Shown here one piece after another: positions 10,507 to 20,368 of a stretch of DNA of 64,000 bases. The notes under the pieces are model-generated. The model ran no database searches, was not told where the DNA came from, and saw nothing but the letters and a program-made list of their open reading frames with translations. The DNA comes from Candidatus Hydrogenedentota bacterium. GTDB lineage: Bacteria; Hydrogenedentota; Hydrogenedentia; Hydrogenedentales; SLHB01. The stretch spans positions 128,001 to 192,000 of the forward strand of contig CAXXTH010000022.1 in the NCBI GenBank assembly GCA_963668025.2. Reading direction: 5' to 3'. Both the position numbers and the translations under genes were made by a program. Each line of letters starts with the position of its first letter. Position 1 is the first letter of the stretch.

Positions 10507-12348
10507 ATGAATATAAAAAGAGAACTGCGTTTCATTGATGTGTACTGCATCGCCACGGGCGCGATGATCAGTTCCGGGATTTTTGTCCTTCCAGGCATAG
10601 CCCATGCCAAGGCAGGGCCAAGTGTAATACTGTCGTATTTTTTTGCGGGCCTGCTCGCCACAAGCGGCATGTTCAGCGCCGCGGAAATGGCGACCGCCAT
10701 GCCCAAAGCGGGAGGCGATTACTTTTTTATTACAAGAGCACTTGGCCCGCTAGCTGGCACGATCGCCGGCTTGCTGAATTGGTCCGCTTTATCATTAAAG
10801 AGCTCATTTGCATTGATCGGGATGGCCGCGTTTGTGCAGTTATATATAAATATAGATTTGTATATACCAGGGCTTATTTTTTGTGCTTTCTTTGTCATTC
10901 TCAATTTGGCGGGCGCAAAGCATGTAGGACGACTTCAGATTGTGATTGTCGCCTGCCTGCTCGTGCTGATGCTGGCATATATTTGCCTGGGCTTGCGGCA
11001 TATTTCTTTGGAGAATTTCGCTCCTTTCGCGTCACACGGATTCAAAAAAACCATAGCTACAGCAGGTTTCGTGTTTGTGTCATATGGCGGGCTGATTAAA
11101 GTGACTAGCATCGCGGGGGATATTAAAAATCCCAAGCAGGTGATTCCGCAAGCCATGATCGCTTCCGTTCTGAGTGTAATCATCCTTTATACATCCATGG
11201 TTATGGTCACAACAGGTGTTTTACCAACAGAAAAATTTGATAACTCATTGACGCCAATTACGGAAGGAGCCCGCGCTTTTTTAGGGCCTTGGGGCGTATT
11301 TGCGATGAGCTTGGCCGCCGTGTTCGCCTTTGTCACATCAGCTAACGCGGGTGTCATGGCGGCGTCACGGTATTTGTATGCGTTGAGCCGGGACTCATTG
11401 ATTCCCAAACCCCTGAGCCATCTGAGCAAGCAAGCCCGGATGCCGGTATTCGCCATATTAGCCACCGGTGTATTTATGGGCGCTTCTTTATTTTTAAACC
11501 TTGAACTCTTGGTCGAGGCCGCATCTTTAGTCCTGATATTGGGATATATTTTGGCAAGCGTTTGCGTCATTATATTAAGAGAAAGCGGGCTTCAAAACTA
11601 TCGCCCTAGTTTCCGCGCGCCTCTGTATCCCTTCACTCAGCTTGTTTGCATATGTGGTTTCGGCTTGCTGGTTATCGAGCTTGGAATAAACGCATTTATT
11701 ATTTGCGCATGCATTGTCACGATTGGCATTGCTTGCTATTGGTTTTATGGGAAACGCCAGAAACAACGGGAATACGCCTTGATGCATCTCATCGAACGCC
11801 TGACCGCGCGAGAATTGGTTTCGGGCATGCTTGAACGTGAACTCAAAGAAATCATTCATGAACGGGATGATGTCGTTTTAGACCGTTTCGACAACCTCAT
11901 CATGCGCTGTCCTGTACTTGATATCGAAGAAGAAATTACTGCGCAGGAGTGTTTCATCCGGCTTGGCGCCGTAATTGAAGAGCGGGTTCAAATCAACGCC
12001 AACGTGCTTGCGGAAATGATCATAAAACGTGAAATCGAGTCGTCAACCATGCTGACGACTTTTCTTGCAATACCTCACATTGTGATTCCCGGAGAAGGCA
12101 AATTTGAGATCGCTATTGTACGAGCCAGGAATGGCATCACATTCAACGATCCGGCAAGCAAGGCGCACGCCGTCTTTTTACTACTAGGCACTCGTGATGA
12201 ACGGAATTTCCATCTGCGCGCCCTTGCCAGTATTGCACAAATCTCCCAAGAGCCCGATTTCGAACAGCGCTGGATGGAGGCCCGGACCATTGCAGCCATA
12301 CGGGATGTGGTTCTGCTTGGGAAACGCATCCGTGATTCCAGGCTCTAG
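10507..12348 (+). CDS. APC-family amino acid permease fused to a C-terminal PTS EIIA type-2 domain
   Basis: GAMISSGIFVLP, PKAGGDY and about 12 hydrophobic segments; C-terminal RE..ST..LAIPH and HLRALA. Confidence 0.85.
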   Translation: MNIKRELRFIDVYCIATGAMISSGIFVLPGIAHAKAGPSVILSYFFAGLLATSGMFSAAEMATAMPKAGGDYFFITRALGPLAGTIAGLLNWSALSLKSSFALIGMAAFVQLYINIDLYIPGLIFCAFFVILNLAGAKHVGRLQIVIVACLLVLMLAYICLGLRHISLENFAPFASHGFKKTIATAGFVFVSYGGLIKVTSIAGDIKNPKQVIPQAMIASVLSVIILYTSMVMVTTGVLPTEKFDNSLTPITEGARAFLGPWGVFAMSLAAVFAFVTSANAGVMAASRYLYALSRDSLIPKPLSHLSKQARMPVFAILATGVFMGASLFLNLELLVEAASLVLILGYILASVCVIILRESGLQNYRPSFRAPLYPFTQLVCICGFGLLVIELGINAFIICACIVTIGIACYWFYGKRQKQREYALMHLIERLTARELVSGMLERELKEIIHERDDVVLDRFDNLIMRCPVLDIEEEITAQECFIRLGAVIEERVQINANVLAEMIIKREIESSTMLTTFLAIPHIVIPGEGKFEIAIVRARNGITFNDPASKAHAVFLLLGTRDERNFHLRALASIAQISQEPDFEQRWMEARTIAAIRDVVLLGKRIRDSRL

Positions 12349-12419
12349 ATTCTTCCTGACCGGCATTTGGGCCGTATTCAAGATTAAATCTTAATCTTGA
12401 TCAAATAAAGCAGTTCAAA

Positions 12420-12630
12420 AACAGTTCAAGATCATGTCTTCGCATGATGCAAAGCAAGCTGTATCACATGGCATTCCCAACATAGCTCGCAATACACTAT
12501 CCAACGCCAACAAAGAGCGCGATTGGCGCATCCATGCCAATTTCGCCCAAGTCCTATAGCCCAAGCAAAGACGTTGCATCGAGTGGAAGACATGGGCGTC
12601 GAACTCGAACAAACGGCGTACGGCCTTGTT
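12420..12630 (+). pseudogene. IS4-family (DUF4372-type) transposase fragment
   Basis: With two frameshifts it reads MQSKLYHM/GIPNIARNTLSNANKERDWRIHANFAQVL/AQAKTLHRVEDMGVELEQTAYGL, matching the IS4 N-terminal region. Confidence 0.7.
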
Positions 12631-12771
12631 CCTTAACTATAGGTCCGTCTGTAAATGCCATCCCGGGGTAGAGCAAGGCATTGAAACATGCTATGATGCC
12701 AGCGCAATGGGTATTTGCCGACAAGGCGGGCCAGGCCTGAGGGACCGCCACAACCGAAAAGGAGGCTTTTC

Positions 12772-13266
12772 ATGGGCAGCAAGGGCCGTGAAATTGTGGG
12801 AATGGATGTAAACCGGGTGCTTGAACTCTTAAACAAGTCGTTCGCGGATGAATGGCTGGCGTATTACCAGTATTGGCTCGGCGCAAAGATAGTGGCGGGG
12901 CCAATGAAGGATGCGGTCATCGCGGAATTGTTGCAGCATTCGGCGGATGAATTACGCCATGCGGACATGGTGGCGAACCGCATCATCCAACTCGGCGGCA
13001 CGCCGTTGACGACGCCTGCACAGTGGATGGAATGGACGAATTGCGGCTACGACGCGCCGGATGATCCGTTTGTGCGCGAGATCCTGGCGCAAAACATCAA
13101 GGGCGAACAGTGCGCCATTTCGGTGTATAACAGCATTATACAAGAAGTGGGGCTGAAAGACGTAGTAACGTACAACATGGCGCTGCAAATTCTTCAAGAT
13201 GAGGTGACCCACGAGGAGGATCTTCAGGCGCTGCTCGAGGATCTGGGCGTGTTATTGAACAAGTAG
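12772..13266 (+). CDS. DpsL / bacterioferritin-related ferritin-like protein
   Basis: ADEWLAYYQYW, DELRHAD, EQCAI, DEVTHE di-iron ligands; Cys pair as in thioferritin; AAGGAGG RBS. Confidence 0.85.
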   Translation: MGSKGREIVGMDVNRVLELLNKSFADEWLAYYQYWLGAKIVAGPMKDAVIAELLQHSADELRHADMVANRIIQLGGTPLTTPAQWMEWTNCGYDAPDDPFVREILAQNIKGEQCAISVYNSIIQEVGLKDVVTYNMALQILQDEVTHEEDLQALLEDLGVLLNK

Positions 13267-13276
13267 GCAGAGGAGC

Positions 13277-13762
13277 ATGCCGCGAATGCTGCGTGGAGTA
13301 TTGTCAACCCTTTCATTGCTGGTGGTCATAGTGGCGGTGGGATGTCCCATCACGCTGCCTGGCCCCACCTATTTTTTAGTGGCCGATCCGTCGAACCCGG
13401 ATCTGGGCTCGTATGTCTTGCCGCTTACCGATGAGTCGGACATTGCGCATGCGAGAGAAGTTATCGCTGATCCGGACAACACGGACGGACATATCATAGT
13501 GGCGAAGATCGCAAAAGGCGGTACGAGCCACGCTTATGTAAATGGCGTTTACGCCAACCGCGATCTGCTTAATGAGGGCGCTCTATGGTCCTGGCATGTG
13601 AGTGAGTTTCTAGAGTTCGCGGACGTTGTAATTGAGATTTATGACGGCTGGCCGCAATATGTCGAAGACAATCTGGATGAGTGGCTCACGACTACCGGCA
13701 ACACCATCGGATTCTGGAGTTTCCGTGTGACACGTGAAGTCGGCCTGGACGAGATGTCTTAG
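13277..13762 (+). CDS. Putative lipoprotein, BP74-like
   Basis: Lipobox VAVGC; IAHAR..WSWH..EIYDG.PQYVEDNLDEW pattern resembles BP74-related proteins. Confidence 0.55.
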   Translation: MPRMLRGVLSTLSLLVVIVAVGCPITLPGPTYFLVADPSNPDLGSYVLPLTDESDIAHAREVIADPDNTDGHIIVAKIAKGGTSHAYVNGVYANRDLLNEGALWSWHVSEFLEFADVVIEIYDGWPQYVEDNLDEWLTTTGNTIGFWSFRVTREVGLDEMS

Positions 13763-15375
13763 TCAGATGGAATGCGAGGGCCCATGGCAGGCAAGGTGCG
13801 GCGGTTTTCCGCACTGGGGCCGGCAAGCGTTTTGGTGGGAAGGAAAACCGTAAATTTAGCGCCTTTTCCTTCAGCGCTTTCGAGCCATATCTCGCCGCCG
13901 TGGGCCCGAACAATACGGTCGCTGCATGCGAGCCCCAGGCCCGTGCCTTTCGAGCCTTTGGTGGTCATAAACGCGTGGAATAGTTTTGCTTGGATTTCTG
14001 GCGGAATGCCGGGGCCGTTATCGGCGACATCGATATAGGCTCCATGGGCGTCTTTGCGGGTAGTGACAATCACCACGCCTCCATTGTCCTCGCACGCATC
14101 AATGGCGTTGCCGACCAGATTGAGGATGACGCGGAAGATATCCCGGCTATCTAGATAGACAATCCCCACCTCTCCCCGTTCGAGTTTTAATTCCACACCG
14201 TGTTGCTCGGCTCTCGCCATGGACATGTCGAATACTTCCGCCACTAAGTGTTCGATCTGGGAAGCCTCAAGGCGCAGTTCGTGCTGTCCTGAAAAAGAGA
14301 GCAGATTCATAACTAGATTTTCGATGCGCAGAGCAGAACGCCGTACAAGAGGCCACCCTTTTTGCACCCATTTCCAGTCTTGCTGTTCAAGGCCCATGTC
14401 GATTAATTCGCCACCGCCTTTGATGCCCACCATGATGTTTTTCACGCAATGGCCTATGCCGGCCGTGGCCTCGCCAATGGCGGAGAGGCGTTCGCGCAAC
14501 AGCATTTCCTGGTGGAGGCGGGCGTTATCCACCGCCACGCCCACGACACGGCCTATGGCCGTCAACAATTGGAGATCCTCACCACTAAATATGCAGGATT
14601 CCGAGCCGCTGTCCACATAGATCGCCCCGATGAGCAACTCGCGGGCGCATAAGGGCGCGCACATAGCAGCTTGTATAGCGAATCCGAGCACGCTTTCCGA
14701 ACCAGTGAACCGTTGATCTTCTTGGGCGTTGGTGGTGAGTATGGCGTTTTTCTCGCGCAGAGTGTGGCGGATAAGGGTTTGGCTGATCGGCGGCCCTTCA
14801 TCAGAACCGCTGCGGTGGAGGCTGGCGCGCACATCGGGCTGCGCATGGGGCTGCGGCGGCACAATCACCACATACCCGCGCTGGGCGGGTACGGCCTCGA
14901 AGATGAGTTCCAGGATTTGCTTGAGCAGATCATCCAGATCGAACACACTCCCCATGAGCTGCGCGGCTTTATACAAAATGGGCAGGCGTCCGCTCCCTTC
15001 TTCTTGGATGATACGGCTATAGAGAGCGCCCGCCTTCTCGAATGAGATCATGGTGCTGGTGTCGGACAGTATTCCAGCCGACGAACGCCGCTGGACCGCG
15101 AATTCATGCGAACCGATGACAATGCGGTCGTTTTCTTCAAGCGCGCTATTTCTTGTGGGACGCCCGTTGACCAGAATGCCGTTGCGCGAGCCTAAATCCG
15201 CGACATAGAGGACGCCCCGTTCGACCCAGAATCGGGCATGGCGGCGGGACACCAGGGAATCGGGCAGGGCTACATCGCATTCGCTCGAACGGCCCACAAT
15301 GAGTTCGGGGGCGTTGATATCGTATGTAGCCAAATCGGCGCCATCCTGGCGCATAACCAACACATATTCCGCCAT
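13759..15375 (-). CDS. Soluble FHA-GAF sensor histidine kinase
   Basis: FHA (GR, VSRRHA, GSRNG), GAF, H-box IGHCVKN, NLVGNAID, DNGPG, GTGLGL. Confidence 0.9.
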   Translation of the reverse strand: MAEYVLVMRQDGADLATYDINAPELIVGRSSECDVALPDSLVSRRHARFWVERGVLYVADLGSRNGILVNGRPTRNSALEENDRIVIGSHEFAVQRRSSAGILSDTSTMISFEKAGALYSRIIQEEGSGRLPILYKAAQLMGSVFDLDDLLKQILELIFEAVPAQRGYVVIVPPQPHAQPDVRASLHRSGSDEGPPISQTLIRHTLREKNAILTTNAQEDQRFTGSESVLGFAIQAAMCAPLCARELLIGAIYVDSGSESCIFSGEDLQLLTAIGRVVGVAVDNARLHQEMLLRERLSAIGEATAGIGHCVKNIMVGIKGGGELIDMGLEQQDWKWVQKGWPLVRRSALRIENLVMNLLSFSGQHELRLEASQIEHLVAEVFDMSMARAEQHGVELKLERGEVGIVYLDSRDIFRVILNLVGNAIDACEDNGGVVIVTTRKDAHGAYIDVADNGPGIPPEIQAKLFHAFMTTKGSKGTGLGLACSDRIVRAHGGEIWLESAEGKGAKFTVFLPTKTLAGPSAENRRTLPAMGPRIPSD

Positions 15376-15671
15376 CGCGCGCATCTCTCCCCATGTTGCC
15401 GCCATTGTATAAGATGCGTGTTTCAGCGGCAACCTAGCGAATAACCGAAATCGAAGATACTGCTGATAGGATTGTGAAAGACTCAGCGCGGCATAACCGC
15501 AACCAAACGGCTCTCATCCGTGAAGCAAAATCATCTAGCACTTCGTTATAATATGCATATAGTAGTACATAAAATAAATAATGTGGCTTTTATCCACTGC
15601 CATAAAGAAGAATAGCAAGCCCGGGATGTGGCACAATACGGTTTTCCGGCTTTGGATAGGATCTATGGAAA

Positions 15672-17813
15672 ATGCATGAATCATTTGGCGATGTATGCCT
15701 CGCCATGAAGCAATATTGGGGATATGAGTCGTTTCGCCCGCTCCAGCGTGAAGCCATGGAATGCGTGCTGGCGGGGCGCGATTCAATGGTGGTATTGCCC
15801 ACGGGCGGCGGGAAGTCGTTATGCTTCCAAGCGCCTGCGGTGGCGATGCCCGGCATGGCGGTGGTGGTATCGCCGCTTATCTCGCTTATGAAAGACCAGG
15901 TGGACCAGCTCCAGGCCAGCGGCGTGCCCGCGGCATGCATCCATAGCGGCATGACCGCCGCAGAGCGGATGGCCACCCATCGCGGCGTGCGCGAGGGCAG
16001 CCTTCATCTGCTCTATGTAGCGCCTGAGCGGATTGTAAAGACGGAATTCATCGAGTATCTGCATAATGCAAATGTCTCGTTCTTCGTGGTGGACGAAGCC
16101 CATTGCATCAGCCAGTGGGGGCATGATTTCCGGCCCGAATACCGGGCGCTGCGCGTGCTCCGTGAAGCGTTCCCAGAAGCGGCGTTTCACGCATACACCG
16201 CGACGGCAACGCCGCCCGTACGGGAAGATGTGGCGCGCGAATTGGGCTTGCGCACGCCCGAAGTGCTCGTCGGTTCGTTCGATAGGCCCAATTTGCTGTA
16301 TCGCGCCGAACGGCGCACCGACGGCATGGCCCAAGTGCTTCAAATTCTCACCACCCATCAGAATGATTCCTGCATTGTTTACTGCATATCGAGGAGACGG
16401 GTCGAGGAAGTGTGCGCGCGTTTGCGTGAGGCGGGTTACGCGGCGCTGCCTTACCATGCGGGGCTGGATGATTCCACGCGCAAGAATAACCAAGAGGCCT
16501 TTATTCGCGATGAAGCCCGCATCATCGTGGCGACGGTAGCCTTTGGCATGGGGATCGACAAGCCGGATGTACGCTGCGTCATTCATGCCGAAATGCCAAA
16601 ATCCATCGAGCATTACCAGCAAGAAAGCGGGCGCGCGGGCCGCGACGGGCTTGATGCGGAATGCTGGATCTTATATTCGGGAAGTGATTTTCGCTTGTGG
16701 CAGAGCATTTTAGAGAAATCGGACAATGCAGCGGCCGTGGAAACCGCACGGAAAAAACTCGATAATATATTCAATTTTTGCACGCGCGGGGCATGCCGCC
16801 ATCGTACATTGTTGGCGTACTTTGGCGAAGGCTATCTGAAAGATTCCTGCGGCGCATGCGATTTCTGCCTGGATGAGAAGGCTTTCCGCGAAGACTCTTC
16901 TGCTATAACGGACACCATCTTGCGCTGTGTGGCGTCCATCGGCTCTTTCGCGGGGCCTTCGTACACCACCAGCGTGCTGGTGGGCGACATGGGCGAGCGC
17001 GTAACGAACAAAGGCCATCACCACCTGGATACCCATGGCACATTGAAACAGCATGGCGCGCAGGTGGTGAGGGACTGGATCGAACAGCTCGTGGCGCAAG
17101 GCGTGCTGCGTAAGGAAGGCCAATACAACATTCTATCCGTGGCGCACCGGTTAGAAAATGCTTCAGCCCGCTTGGCGGAAGTGGAGCGACCACATGCCAG
17201 CAAGCGAAAAGGGCCCATCAAATCCCAAGCGGAAGCTGGATACGATATCGGTTTATTCGATGCGCTCAGGGCATTGCGGCGCGAACTGGCGGAATCGAAG
17301 AGCGTGCCACCCTATGTCATTTTCGGCGACGCCACCCTGCGCGACATGGCGCGCCGGAAGCCCGTGACTCCGGAACAATTCATCCAGACGCCAGGAGTGG
17401 GCGAGCATAAGCAGCGTGTCTTCGGCAAGCCATTTCTCGCCGCCATCCGTGAGTATTGTGGATTGCCTCCTGGAGATAAAGCGCCAAGCAATTCCAAGAA
17501 GAAAAGGGCATTCACCGCGGAACAGGCGCGTCTGTTTTCACAAGGCGGCGGCATTGACGAATATTCGGAGATGATGCATGAGCCTCCTTCGCGGGTGTTG
17601 GGAATGCTGCTCGAATACATCGAAACCACCGGAGCCACGGAGCCAGCCATATGGGTGAACTCCGCCGTGGCGGAACGTATTCTAGACGCCGCACAAGAAG
17701 CAGGACCGAATGCGCGCACGCTCCGCATACTGCTCGCTGGAGAAGCCAGCGAGGCGGACATCCGCATTTGCGTGGCGTGCTTGAAAAACCGGGCAACTGT
17801 TTTAGACCACTAA
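15672..17813 (+). CDS. recQ: ATP-dependent DNA helicase RecQ
   Basis: PTGGGKSLCFQ, DEAH, SQWGHDFRPEY, QESGRAGRDG, zinc Cys, HRDC domain. Confidence 0.95.
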   Translation: MHESFGDVCLAMKQYWGYESFRPLQREAMECVLAGRDSMVVLPTGGGKSLCFQAPAVAMPGMAVVVSPLISLMKDQVDQLQASGVPAACIHSGMTAAERMATHRGVREGSLHLLYVAPERIVKTEFIEYLHNANVSFFVVDEAHCISQWGHDFRPEYRALRVLREAFPEAAFHAYTATATPPVREDVARELGLRTPEVLVGSFDRPNLLYRAERRTDGMAQVLQILTTHQNDSCIVYCISRRRVEEVCARLREAGYAALPYHAGLDDSTRKNNQEAFIRDEARIIVATVAFGMGIDKPDVRCVIHAEMPKSIEHYQQESGRAGRDGLDAECWILYSGSDFRLWQSILEKSDNAAAVETARKKLDNIFNFCTRGACRHRTLLAYFGEGYLKDSCGACDFCLDEKAFREDSSAITDTILRCVASIGSFAGPSYTTSVLVGDMGERVTNKGHHHLDTHGTLKQHGAQVVRDWIEQLVAQGVLRKEGQYNILSVAHRLENASARLAEVERPHASKRKGPIKSQAEAGYDIGLFDALRALRRELAESKSVPPYVIFGDATLRDMARRKPVTPEQFIQTPGVGEHKQRVFGKPFLAAIREYCGLPPGDKAPSNSKKKRAFTAEQARLFSQGGGIDEYSEMMHEPPSRVLGMLLEYIETTGATEPAIWVNSAVAERILDAAQEAGPNARTLRILLAGEASEADIRICVACLKNRATVLDH

Positions 17814-17836
17814 ATACATGGGATACACGAAAATTT

Positions 17837-17999
17837 GTAGGGTGGGGCTTGCCTCACAGATCAGGGCGGTGCGCCCTGCAACGGCACCCGAAAGAACGAA
17901 TACCATAACCATTTGATATGATTTTATTTGAGTGCTGTGCGTGTCATTAATGTTCTGTTCTTTATAGATGCCTGAGCGGTGGGGCAAGCCCCACCCTAC
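17837..17999. repeat. Inverted pair of GTAG-type REP-like palindromes
   Basis: GTAGGGTGGGGCTTGCCTCAC (17837-17857) and GGTGGGGCAAGCCCCACCCTAC (17978-17999). Confidence 0.75.
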
Positions 18000-18218
18000 T
18001 TCCTAATCACGTTATCGAACACATTAATATATAAATAAATGCATTAATATTTTTATAGATATACGCAATAAATATATAATTTATTAAATATGTGATACAT
18101 ATGGAAAGATTTTGGGACGGGCTGCAATAGGACGAGGTTTGGATATTGTCGTTATTGCAGCTTATTTTCCCGCATAATCAGTGGGCTTCATCATGCAATT
18201 ACCGAATTGAACATCAAA

Positions 18219-18322
18219 ATCAGCATACATCTGCGTCATCTGCGGATCAAAATCATTACACACTCAATTTCAGATAGCTTCCCATCTCTGTTGGATTTGC
18301 GTTCATTCGCGTCCATTTACGG
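18219..18322. repeat. Two clusters of 9-10 nt periodic repeats
   Basis: ATCAGCATAC-ATCTGCGTC-ATCTGCGG (18219-18245) and ATTTGCGTTC-ATTCGCGTCC-ATTTACGG (18295-18322). Confidence 0.6.
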
Positions 18323-18348
18323 TCAAGACTTTCAATTGATGCCGCTTT

Positions 18349-20004
18349 CTATTTCCTATCCTTCCACCCATAATCCCCGAATCGCTTATCCGGCTCCTGG
18401 TCGCCAAAATGCCAGGCCCTTCCGATCAGGATGTCGTAGTCCTCTTGCTGGGCTACGGGGTCCGCGATGCGGACAACCGTGCGGCCGGTAAGGAATTCGA
18501 TGCTGCGTTCGAAGGGCCAGAAGAGCGTTCCGATGCGCGTGTCCTCCGGCAGCGTCTCGATAGCCTGGGCGAGGTCACGCAAATCACGCGTATCGTCGTG
18601 GGTGTAGATCCAGCGGGCTTGCAGCGCCAGTTCCCATGCGGCGGGTGCGCATGCAAGGCAGGCCAGGATGGCGCAGGCCCAGCGGACCGCCGTGCGCCGA
18701 TCTCGCTGGAAAACTATCCACACCCAATCCCATACCGCACTGCCCACGAATAGACCGCCGAGAGCCAGGCTGTACCACAGGTAGCGGGGAATATTGCCTG
18801 GCGTGAAGAATATCCACCAGAACGCAAGGAAGGGCGAAATAAGGAAGACCGCCGCCGTGGCGGGGTCGTAGCGGAAGGCGAACACGCGCGGCAACTGCCA
18901 GAGCAGGCCTGCGGCCAGCACGGGCAGCAGGAAGGGGTGGTTATGGGCAAGCCACGAAATTGGCTCAAAAGCCGAGCGGAATCCGAAGAGGAGGTATTGC
19001 TGGTATAAGCTGAACAGTCCCGCCGCTTGGCCCGTGGCGGATGTCCCGCTCAGGGCTTGCACGAGCCACCATAGTCCCAACGGAAGGCACGCGCCCGCTA
19101 TCGGGACAAGGACATGCGCGGCGCGGATGCGGCGGAAGGTGAACCGATCATATAGCAGCACGCCAAGCAACGGCCACACGGTGATAATCAAGAACAGTTT
19201 GCAGAGCAGGGCCAGGCTGAACAGAACGCCTGTCCAAAAACCCGCCCAAGATACGTGTGGTTGCGTTAAGGCGCGCCTCCACAGCCGCAGGCTGAGTACG
19301 AGGCACAACAGCGCGGGGATTTCGCCATACACAGCGCGGGCTAGGTAGAGGCTGCCCATCGCGCCGCCCAGAAAGAGCGCCCCTAAAGCGGCTTCTTTGC
19401 GGCCCAGAACAGGCGATAGGAAGCGCCATGCTTGCCAGCATAATACCAAGAACGCGAGCGCTATAAGGACACGCGCGGCCCATAGTCCCGTTCCCGCCAC
19501 CCGAAAGACACCCGCGATGGGCAGCAGCACCGCCGGGCCGACAGAATCATATTCATCAAACAGGCGGAAACCCGATTCCGGGTTTCCTGACGCGTAGACG
19601 CCGTATTCCGCTAGATTGCGCGCCACAAGGAGGTGGTGCATCTCGTCCGGCTCGGGATACGGGTAGTGGGTCAGATGGGGAAACGCCAGCGCCGCCAGAA
19701 AAAGCAACACGACCCACGTGAGCAAGCCAGGCTTGCCCACCCGCGCCAGGGGGTCCTCCCCCACTGCACTGGCCCGTATGCGCAACCCCCAGAGCCCCGC
19801 GCACGCGGCGGCGGCCAGTCCTAAAAAGCATGCGGCTTTCAGCAGCAACACCGTGGACGACGGGGCATCAGCGGTGGATTGTCCTAAAAGCATCAGCCAT
19901 ACGACGAAGGAGCCCACGCCCGAGAATCCCATGCATGCAAACACCAGCGCGCAAAAGGCCCCCGCGAAGAGGCGCATGTACGGCGGCTCGACCTGGCTAT
20001 TCAC
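18349..20004 (-). CDS. ArnT/PMT-like GT-C membrane glycosyltransferase
   Basis: PDE acidic motif after the first TM segments, many TM helices, K in LALLCK. Confidence 0.7.
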   Translation of the reverse strand: MNSQVEPPYMRLFAGAFCALVFACMGFSGVGSFVVWLMLLGQSTADAPSSTVLLLKAACFLGLAAAACAGLWGLRIRASAVGEDPLARVGKPGLLTWVVLLFLAALAFPHLTHYPYPEPDEMHHLLVARNLAEYGVYASGNPESGFRLFDEYDSVGPAVLLPIAGVFRVAGTGLWAARVLIALAFLVLCWQAWRFLSPVLGRKEAALGALFLGGAMGSLYLARAVYGEIPALLCLVLSLRLWRRALTQPHVSWAGFWTGVLFSLALLCKLFLIITVWPLLGVLLYDRFTFRRIRAAHVLVPIAGACLPLGLWWLVQALSGTSATGQAAGLFSLYQQYLLFGFRSAFEPISWLAHNHPFLLPVLAAGLLWQLPRVFAFRYDPATAAVFLISPFLAFWWIFFTPGNIPRYLWYSLALGGLFVGSAVWDWVWIVFQRDRRTAVRWACAILACLACAPAAWELALQARWIYTHDDTRDLRDLAQAIETLPEDTRIGTLFWPFERSIEFLTGRTVVRIADPVAQQEDYDILIGRAWHFGDQEPDKRFGDYGWKDRK

Positions 20005-20025
20005 CTCCTAATGCCTCCAGAGACC

Positions 20026-20339
20026 GTAGCATGGGCGTCCCGCCCATGTAAGTTTAGGCTATATTCCATCCATCTGGGATTTCCAAAAATGGAGTAGGCA
20101 AGCCAAAGAAAGAGAAAAACTCCAAAATACACAAAAAAGAACACGAAAGCGGTAGCAAGCTACCGCACTTCACACACGCTCTAAGTCTTTTCTTATCAAA
20201 TAGCCTGGAGTGCGGCAGCTTGCCGGCGCTTTGGATATGCGGATAACGCCCGAAAGCTTTTCTCTGATTTGTGGGGATGTGAACTCGCACATGCAACATT
20301 TTTGAAGAGCCCTTTTCACGGGCGAGACGCCCGTGCCAC
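20026..20339. repeat. Nested pairs of two different REP-like palindrome families
   Basis: Outer pair GTAGCATGGGCGTCCCGCCCATG / CACGGGCGAGACGCCCGTGCCAC; inner pair AAAGCGGTAGCAAGCTACCGCACTTC (20146-20171) / GGAGTGCGGCAGCTTGCCGGCGCTTT (20207-20232). Confidence 0.75.
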
Positions 20340-20368
20340 AGTCAGAACGTAGAATCATACGCCAATCA

